From IMG/VR virus record IMGVR_UViG_3300005805_000176, positions 1 to 40,653 of that record: a DNA stretch of 40,653 nt; one strand, written 5' to 3'. The DNA is from a virus. Lineage: Duplodnaviria > Caudoviricetes. Shown one piece after another: positions 33,980 to 40,653 of the stretch. Each line of letters begins with the position of its first letter. The first letter of the stretch is position 1. Made by a program: the position numbers and the translations under genes. Below the pieces are notes generated by a model. The model had not been told where the DNA came from. It saw only the letters and a program-made list of their open reading frames with translations, and did no database searches.

Positions 33980-36900
33980 TGGCACAATCAATAACTCTCC
34001 AGACATCTGATAATGATATCGTATCTGGAGACATATTAGGTAGGCTATCATTTGCGGCCTCTAGTGAAACTAGTGGGTCTGACGCATTGCTTGTAAGTGC
34101 AGGAATTTATGCTCAAGCAGAAGCAGATTTTACTGCTACTGCTAATCCTACATCTTTAATTTTTGCTACAGCTAATAGTGAAACTGCCACGGGAAAGTTA
34201 CAGATTACTGGCAGTGGTCATTTTTTGCCAGTGAATAATAATGTTTATGATGTTGGATCTAGCTCTTTGGCATTTAGAAATTTATATCTTGCTGGAGTAG
34301 GATATGTAAATGGATTAAGAGTCAATAATGCATATAGTTTGCCAACGACTGATGGATCTGCTAACCAGTACTTAAAGACAGATGGTTCTGGCAATTTGTC
34401 ATGGTCTAGCGTAGCGAGTACTGATAGTAATTTGTCAATTTCTGCTGCTAGTGGTAGCGTTTTAACAGTTACAAGTACCTTTCCTTATGGACTACCTACT
34501 CCAGATGGTAACGCAGCTACTTTTCAGCGATCTACTCCAGTATCCCCAACCGAAGGCCAAATACAATCATTATTAGTCACTCTTGGTCAAAGTGGCTCTA
34601 CCGGTGCCGGAAGTTTAATAGATCATCATTCATATAGCGTTGCTGCATCGTCTGTGATTCGTCGTAATGATATTAGATTTTATGATACTGGCATTGCCAT
34701 GGAGGCGGCAGATTTATCAGATGTATGCGTTTTTGATACTGTAAATAAACATGTTGGAATTGGTATATCTTTGCCTTCAGGAAAGTTTCAAGTTGAAGGT
34801 GGAAATGTAATATTTAATGATGCTGGTGGTGATTATGACTTTAGAGTTGAGGGAACTAGTAATCCAAATCTTCTATTTGTTGATGCTAGTGAAAATAGAT
34901 TAGGTATTGGCACATCAAGCCCAGTATATGGAGTGCATGTTTCTGGCCTTTCTAGCACAACAACGATATGTACAGAGGGCAATACTCGCAGCCAGCTAAT
35001 TTTAAAAGGTAATTATAATGGCGCTACGGACATTGGTAATATAAGTACTGTAAACTCCTCTGGAACTATAGTTGGTAATATTTATGTTACCTCCGATAGT
35101 CCCGGCACCGAAGCTAATGGCGCAATGCATTTTCGTACAGCCAATAGTGGTATTCTTGCAATACAAATGTCAATTAATAAAGATGGATATATTGGCCTAG
35201 GAGATTCATCTCCAGAAGCATATTTTCATAATCAACATCCAACATCAATTCCAACGGAAAGAACATATGAAGTAGAACAAGATTTAGTTTTTACTAATGG
35301 TGTTGCCAATGAAAAATACGATATTTATTTTGATACCAACAATGTATTAAGTGGTACAATAAAAATTGAAGCCGCTGGAACTTGGTCCATGGCAAATTCT
35401 ATCGGCAAGCTCACAAAGGTATTAGCTGTAGGAACTGCTACCGGTGATAATGGCACTATATATATGAATGACACTTCCTATACAGAAGTATTAGGCTTAA
35501 CTGGTGCGCATTTTGCTATTAGTGACTTAAGATGGAATTCAGTTACACAAAGATTTTATATTACAATAGCGCACAGAACATCTACCGGAAATAGCCTTAA
35601 AGTTAAAATTACAACTATTGGTACGTCTACAACTGGCGCATCCTCTTTCCGTAAATTAATTATTGGGCCAGCTTATACAACAGACACCACAGTATATGAT
35701 AGGCCATATGTTAATATCGGTAATAGTGGATATCCTATCAATAGACTTGGAATAAATACTGCGTTGCCAAATGCGGAACTTGATGTTCGTGGCGGCGTTA
35801 TCATTAATGAAGATGGCGGCAATTACGATGTTAGAGTAGAAGGAGACACCGATCCTAACTTATTATTTGTAGATGCCAGTACAGACCGGATAGGCATTGG
35901 AACTTCTACCCCATCATCTAAACTAGATGTTGCTGGAGTAATTAAAGTTTTAGAAGGAAGCGCGACAGCGCCAGCAATTATTGGTCCAGCCGGTACAGAT
36001 ACTGGCATGTATTTTGACGCAACCAAAAAAGAAGTACACTTTTCTACAGGCGGAACACGAAGATTAAGCGTGTTTGCTAATGCTCAAGTTGCTGTAGTTA
36101 ATGGTGGTTCAGCGGCTACTCCCGGTTTATATTTAGGCGATAGCACAGATACAGATACTGGCTTCTTTAAACCAGCAATAGATAATCTTGGCATTACAAC
36201 GTCTGGAGTTGAAAGACTACGTATTGATGCAACTGGTAGGTTAATAGCATATGCTACATCTTCCACCGATGCTGCAACTATTACGGCTTTATCACCATCA
36301 GCTACTGCTAGAGGTATTGATATTCGTGGTAGAAGTAGCGACAATAATGCTACTTTAGTATTCTCAGATTTTTCTGGCAATATACTATCGCGTATTATAT
36401 CTACTAGTACCGATTTAACATTACGACCACCAGTGAGCGGCAGTATACAGCTTGCCACACAAGATGGTACAAATATTTTAGTCGTAAATAATAGTGGCAA
36501 TGTTGGAATTGGCACAACTACTCCAACAGCTAAGCTACATGTTGTTGGAAGCGGTATATTCTCCAGTGGAATAGATGTGGGAGATGGTTCAGCAAGTGTA
36601 CCGTCTATAGGTTTTGTAAATGATGTCGATACAGGATTCTACCGTATTGCTGATGACACTATTGGAATTAGTACTAGTGGAGTTGAACGCCTTAGAATTA
36701 GACCGGATGGCAGAATTGGTATTAACTACGCCGGGGCTAATGCGAATGTATTTTCTGTTGGTGGAAACATTTCTACAGCTGGTAGTAATTTAGTATATTT
36801 TGCTGGCGTGAATGCTCAATCTGGCGTAACTAATCTTTATAGCTATGTATCTAGCCCAACTATAGATGCTAACACCAGCATAGGAAGCTTAAGACATTAT

Positions 36901-39900
36901 GTTGCACAGCAAGGTGCATATAGTGGAGTAGTAACTAATCACGTTGGATTTTATGTTGATCCAAATATGATTTCTGGTGTTTCAAATTATGGTTTCCGCT
37001 CATCAATACCATCTGGTGACAACAGATGGAATTGCTATATGGATGGTACAGCAACTAATTACTTTGCTGGAGATGTTGGTATTGGAATCACTGCTCCGAC
37101 AGCAGACCTACATGTCGTTGGAAGTGGAATTATTTCTAGTGGAATAACTACAGATAACTTATCATTCAGAAGATTTACAACATCTACAGCAACTACGTCA
37201 CATTTTAGAAAATATACAGATATTCTTCACTATGCTAACTCAAATGATAATGTTTCTGGAGTACTACGAGTAGAATTGCCAGTAACGACAACTACAATGT
37301 GGACTATGGATTTAGTAATCAATGAATATGATAATAATAGTGCCACAGCATTAAAGACAACAAATTTAACTATTACAGGCTATACAACTACGAATTTAAA
37401 TCGTAGCGTCTTAACAAATAATCCCAGTAGAATTAGTAGCGTTAGGTGGGGAAGAAATCTTGCTGGCACACGTAGCGTTGTTTTGATTACTCCAGCTTCT
37501 ACGTTTAGATATCCAAAGGCTTACATTAAAGAAATTAACACAAGCCATTCTAATGAAACTACTTTTAGTAATAGTGCAAATTATGCCATTACGATTACTA
37601 CTGATGAAACAGACTTTACCTTAAATGGAACTATGACTAATGATCAGTTCATTAGAGATGACAAATTATTAAATACATTTGGTAATCAGGTGGCTTCTGG
37701 TAATAAAACGTTTAATGGAAACTTTGTATTTAATGATAATGGAGACAATTTTGACTTTAGAGCAGAGGGTGACACAGATGCAAACCTATTATTTATAGAT
37801 GCAAGTTCTGATCAAATTGGCATAGGAACAAGTTCTCCAGCAGCAAAATTACATTTAAGCGCAACTAATCCTAATATAAGACAGACGCAGATAGTTAATA
37901 CTAGTCCTTTAAGCCATTATTTATATGATAATACTACTAATCTTGGAGGATTGATTGCTTATTGTTCTGGATATAATGTTGGCTCTATTTTTAATGCTGG
38001 TTCTGGTGCGTTGGGTTTAATATCTACTTTTGGTAATTTAGCTATAGGAACTTTTAGTGTTGCTAGAGATGTTATTATAGGAACTAATAATTTTGAAAGA
38101 TTGCGTATAACAAGTTCTGGAAATGTTGGCGTTGGCACATCTTCTCCATCTGCACAGCTACATGTTATTGGTAGTGGTATTTTTGCCAACGGACTAAATA
38201 TTGGTAATCAGACAGCAAGCACAATAGCTTCTTTTGATTCAAACAAAAACGTTGTTTCATTATCAACCGCAACATATCCATCTTTAACTGAATTAAGTTA
38301 TATTAAGGGACTAACTAGTAATGTTGCAACAGACTTATCTGATAGAACAACTAAAACCTATGTTGCATCTAGAGGAGATAATTTACTTACTAATGGTAAT
38401 GCTTTTCTAGGAAATAATACCAATTTTAGTTCATTTGTTTATGAAGGGCCAGATGTCAATAATTTTTCTGGCTCTTTTAAGTTCGTTGGTAACGGCATAG
38501 TGTATACTGATGAATTTATGCCAGTTATGCCTAATAAAAATTACAAGATGACGGTCGATGCTAAATCTTTAAACGGTACCGGTAAATATTACATAATGAC
38601 CGCTTGTTATGATATAGATAATAATCCTATTATGTCTACACATCATATGTATCGTGCAAATACTTTAACCACACTTGCTGCTGAATTAAAAAATGGAGAT
38701 ACTATTGTATATCTTACCAATGCTGCAAATTGGAACAATTCTGGTACAGCTGGAGTAAGTACTCATCTAAGATCTATTATTTTATGGAATTATGTAAATA
38801 GCTTTGGATATCAATATCCTCCGTTAACATATTCAAGAAACTATACCGACAACGCTTGGAATCCAGGCGGCATCAATTTTACTAATAATACCATTACTTT
38901 ACGAATTCCTTGGTCTGGTGGTACAGTTCCATCTGGCACGTATTTAAGTAATGGATCTGCTGGAGGGAGTCAAAAATACAATATACTTTGGGATCAGTCA
39001 TTAAATACAACGTGGACTACTTACGAAGGAGTCATGAGAGGTACCGATTACTCAGGGACTAATGAATACTCTAAGTTTCCGCCGGGAACAACAAAAATTA
39101 AACTCGGTTGGTTAATGAACTATCTTGGTAGTGGAGACACAGCATGGTTCACAAATATGTCAGTATCCTCCGACGAATTAGCAAATAGTAATATTTATGA
39201 AAACTTAGACAATATTGGTATTGGTATTTCTTCTCCAACCGCACAATTACATGTCGTTGGAAGTGGCATATTCTCTAGCGGAGTAGACGTTGGAGATGGA
39301 TCTGTTGGCTCACCATCGTTTAGCTTTGCTAATGACATAAATACTGGACTATATCGTATTGCAGAAGATACAATTGGTATTAGCACAAGCGGAGTAGAAA
39401 GATTACGTATTGGTTCCAATGGATATATTGGTTTTGGCAGTGTGCCGTCTAGCTTCTATAGATTTGTAGTTGATGGATCAGTTACTGGCGTACCCGTTGC
39501 TGGTGGAATCACCATTCGCGGATCAATTCAGTCAGGAGTACAAACTTTTGTTGGGGTCGGAACAGGCCCGTCTATTGATTCAGGAGCAGCGGCCACCAAT
39601 CTCTATCACTTCTATCCGTCCACCGGTATATTAAGTGGTACAATAACAAATCAGGTAGGTTTTATTGCCGATAGCACACTGACCGGAGCTACTACTAATA
39701 TTGGTTTTCGTGGCGCTCTTTCGTCCTCGCCCGGACGATGGAATTGCTATATGGATGGAACCGCAGATAATCATTTTGCTGGCAATGTTGGCATTGGTGT
39801 CACAAGTCCAACTGCCAGATTAAATGTTGAAGGTGGAAATATTATCTTCAATGATCTTGGTGCTAATGTTGACTTTAGAGTGGAAGGTGATACAGATGCT

Positions 39901-40314
39901 AATCTATTTTTCACAGATGCTAGCGCGGACAGCATTGGAATTGGAACAAACGCGCCATCTTCAAAGCTTCATGTAGTTGGTTCTACGCGCCTTATTGGTC
40001 CAATTATTGAAGGATATAATAATGCTGGTAATACTGGCACACTACAAACAATAGCATTAACTAATGGAACAATTCAAAATTATACACTAACTGGAAACTG
40101 TACATTTACAATGCCAACTGCTACTGCTGGACAAAGCTTCACAGTATTTTTAAGAACTGGTGCTGGAAGCTTTACAGCAACATTTACTGGAGCAAAATGG
40201 CCTGCCGGTACTGCTCCAACAATCACAACTACGGCTAGTAAAATGGATATTATTTCATTTGTCAGCGATGGTACAAATTGGTACGGAAACTTCTCACAGA
40301 ACTATACGCCATAA
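33979..40314 (+). CDS. Very long tail fibre protein (2111 aa)
   Basis: Many G.VGIGT..P...LHV and ERLRI repeats, four D.RVEG..NL.F.DAS modules. Confidence 0.8.
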   Translation: MAQSITLQTSDNDIVSGDILGRLSFAASSETSGSDALLVSAGIYAQAEADFTATANPTSLIFATANSETATGKLQITGSGHFLPVNNNVYDVGSSSLAFRNLYLAGVGYVNGLRVNNAYSLPTTDGSANQYLKTDGSGNLSWSSVASTDSNLSISAASGSVLTVTSTFPYGLPTPDGNAATFQRSTPVSPTEGQIQSLLVTLGQSGSTGAGSLIDHHSYSVAASSVIRRNDIRFYDTGIAMEAADLSDVCVFDTVNKHVGIGISLPSGKFQVEGGNVIFNDAGGDYDFRVEGTSNPNLLFVDASENRLGIGTSSPVYGVHVSGLSSTTTICTEGNTRSQLILKGNYNGATDIGNISTVNSSGTIVGNIYVTSDSPGTEANGAMHFRTANSGILAIQMSINKDGYIGLGDSSPEAYFHNQHPTSIPTERTYEVEQDLVFTNGVANEKYDIYFDTNNVLSGTIKIEAAGTWSMANSIGKLTKVLAVGTATGDNGTIYMNDTSYTEVLGLTGAHFAISDLRWNSVTQRFYITIAHRTSTGNSLKVKITTIGTSTTGASSFRKLIIGPAYTTDTTVYDRPYVNIGNSGYPINRLGINTALPNAELDVRGGVIINEDGGNYDVRVEGDTDPNLLFVDASTDRIGIGTSTPSSKLDVAGVIKVLEGSATAPAIIGPAGTDTGMYFDATKKEVHFSTGGTRRLSVFANAQVAVVNGGSAATPGLYLGDSTDTDTGFFKPAIDNLGITTSGVERLRIDATGRLIAYATSSTDAATITALSPSATARGIDIRGRSSDNNATLVFSDFSGNILSRIISTSTDLTLRPPVSGSIQLATQDGTNILVVNNSGNVGIGTTTPTAKLHVVGSGIFSSGIDVGDGSASVPSIGFVNDVDTGFYRIADDTIGISTSGVERLRIRPDGRIGINYAGANANVFSVGGNISTAGSNLVYFAGVNAQSGVTNLYSYVSSPTIDANTSIGSLRHYVAQQGAYSGVVTNHVGFYVDPNMISGVSNYGFRSSIPSGDNRWNCYMDGTATNYFAGDVGIGITAPTADLHVVGSGIISSGITTDNLSFRRFTTSTATTSHFRKYTDILHYANSNDNVSGVLRVELPVTTTTMWTMDLVINEYDNNSATALKTTNLTITGYTTTNLNRSVLTNNPSRISSVRWGRNLAGTRSVVLITPASTFRYPKAYIKEINTSHSNETTFSNSANYAITITTDETDFTLNGTMTNDQFIRDDKLLNTFGNQVASGNKTFNGNFVFNDNGDNFDFRAEGDTDANLLFIDASSDQIGIGTSSPAAKLHLSATNPNIRQTQIVNTSPLSHYLYDNTTNLGGLIAYCSGYNVGSIFNAGSGALGLISTFGNLAIGTFSVARDVIIGTNNFERLRITSSGNVGVGTSSPSAQLHVIGSGIFANGLNIGNQTASTIASFDSNKNVVSLSTATYPSLTELSYIKGLTSNVATDLSDRTTKTYVASRGDNLLTNGNAFLGNNTNFSSFVYEGPDVNNFSGSFKFVGNGIVYTDEFMPVMPNKNYKMTVDAKSLNGTGKYYIMTACYDIDNNPIMSTHHMYRANTLTTLAAELKNGDTIVYLTNAANWNNSGTAGVSTHLRSIILWNYVNSFGYQYPPLTYSRNYTDNAWNPGGINFTNNTITLRIPWSGGTVPSGTYLSNGSAGGSQKYNILWDQSLNTTWTTYEGVMRGTDYSGTNEYSKFPPGTTKIKLGWLMNYLGSGDTAWFTNMSVSSDELANSNIYENLDNIGIGISSPTAQLHVVGSGIFSSGVDVGDGSVGSPSFSFANDINTGLYRIAEDTIGISTSGVERLRIGSNGYIGFGSVPSSFYRFVVDGSVTGVPVAGGITIRGSIQSGVQTFVGVGTGPSIDSGAAATNLYHFYPSTGILSGTITNQVGFIADSTLTGATTNIGFRGALSSSPGRWNCYMDGTADNHFAGNVGIGVTSPTARLNVEGGNIIFNDLGANVDFRVEGDTDANLFFTDASADSIGIGTNAPSSKLHVVGSTRLIGPIIEGYNNAGNTGTLQTIALTNGTIQNYTLTGNCTFTMPTATAGQSFTVFLRTGAGSFTATFTGAKWPAGTAPTITTTASKMDIISFVSDGTNWYGNFSQNYTP

Positions 40315-40653
40315 TGTTTACTGCAAGAAGACAATTTTTAACAAATAAAATCTTAGGCACATTGATTCCAACAACATGGATTCAACGCGGCATTGACATC
40401 AATGGCGAAGCCGCAAGTGACGAAAGCGGCACTAGCGTCAGCCTCAATAGTGATGGCACGGTAGTAGCAATCGGTGCGCCGCGCAACGATGGCAATGGGT
40501 CTAATGCGGGTCACGTTAGAGTTTACTCTTGGAACGGAACTTCATGGGTTCAACGTGGTACCGATATCAATGGCGAAGCCGCAGGTGACGAAAGCGGCAC
40601 TAGCGTCAGCCTCAATAGTGATGGCACGGTAGTAGCAATCGGTGCGCCGCTCA
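40314..40653 (+). CDS. FG-GAP-like beta-propeller repeat protein, 5' part (truncated)
   Basis: TAATG-coupled; W.QRG.DINGEAA.DESGTSVSLNSDGTVVAIGAP repeated at a 56-aa period. Confidence 0.75.
   Translation, partial: MFTARRQFLTNKILGTLIPTTWIQRGIDINGEAASDESGTSVSLNSDGTVVAIGAPRNDGNGSNAGHVRVYSWNGTSWVQRGTDINGEAAGDESGTSVSLNSDGTVVAIGAPL
40398..40650 (+). repeat. 85-bp near-identical direct repeat, 168-bp period
   Basis: 40398-40482 vs 40566-40650, one mismatch. Confidence 0.9.

Noticed and set aside
8282-40653. Alternative genetic code or stop-codon reassignment
   Set aside because: Long ORFs tile the region tightly under the standard code, and TAA, TAG and TGA all act as stops; no suppressor tRNA seen

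Overview
The window is a fragment of a large tailed dsDNA bacteriophage (Caudoviricetes). A Planctomycetes-like aquatic host is inferred, not proven. It has two divergent halves. (1) 1-8.1 kb, minus strand: an early/accessory region of small genes (Gp88-like Fe-S protein, pyrimidine-dimer glycosylase-like protein, several very acidic peptides), tRNA-Lys, an initiator-like tRNA-Met and an unusual 135-nt tRNA-like RNA. Seven co-oriented copies of a 78-bp element (two 25-bp TAAGTCCTT-N7-AAGGACTTA palindromes resembling symmetrised IHF sites, always 53 bp apart) cut it into modules. The modules carry three host-type promoter classes: sigma70, overlapping sigma28/FliA-like, and sigma54 with upstream enhancer-like boxes. 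(2) 8.25-40.65 kb, plus strand: a late region with a phage sigma factor, methyltransferase, gmd, HNH and ERCC4 nucleases, ClpP, large terminase, portal, protease-scaffold (with internal start), decoration and major capsid proteins. About 20 kb of fibre/adhesin-like virion genes follow, with poly-Thr linkers and a circularly permuted FGE/C-type-lectin domain. A GTGTATWW motif marks probable late promoters. All calls come from reading the sequence; no database searches were run.
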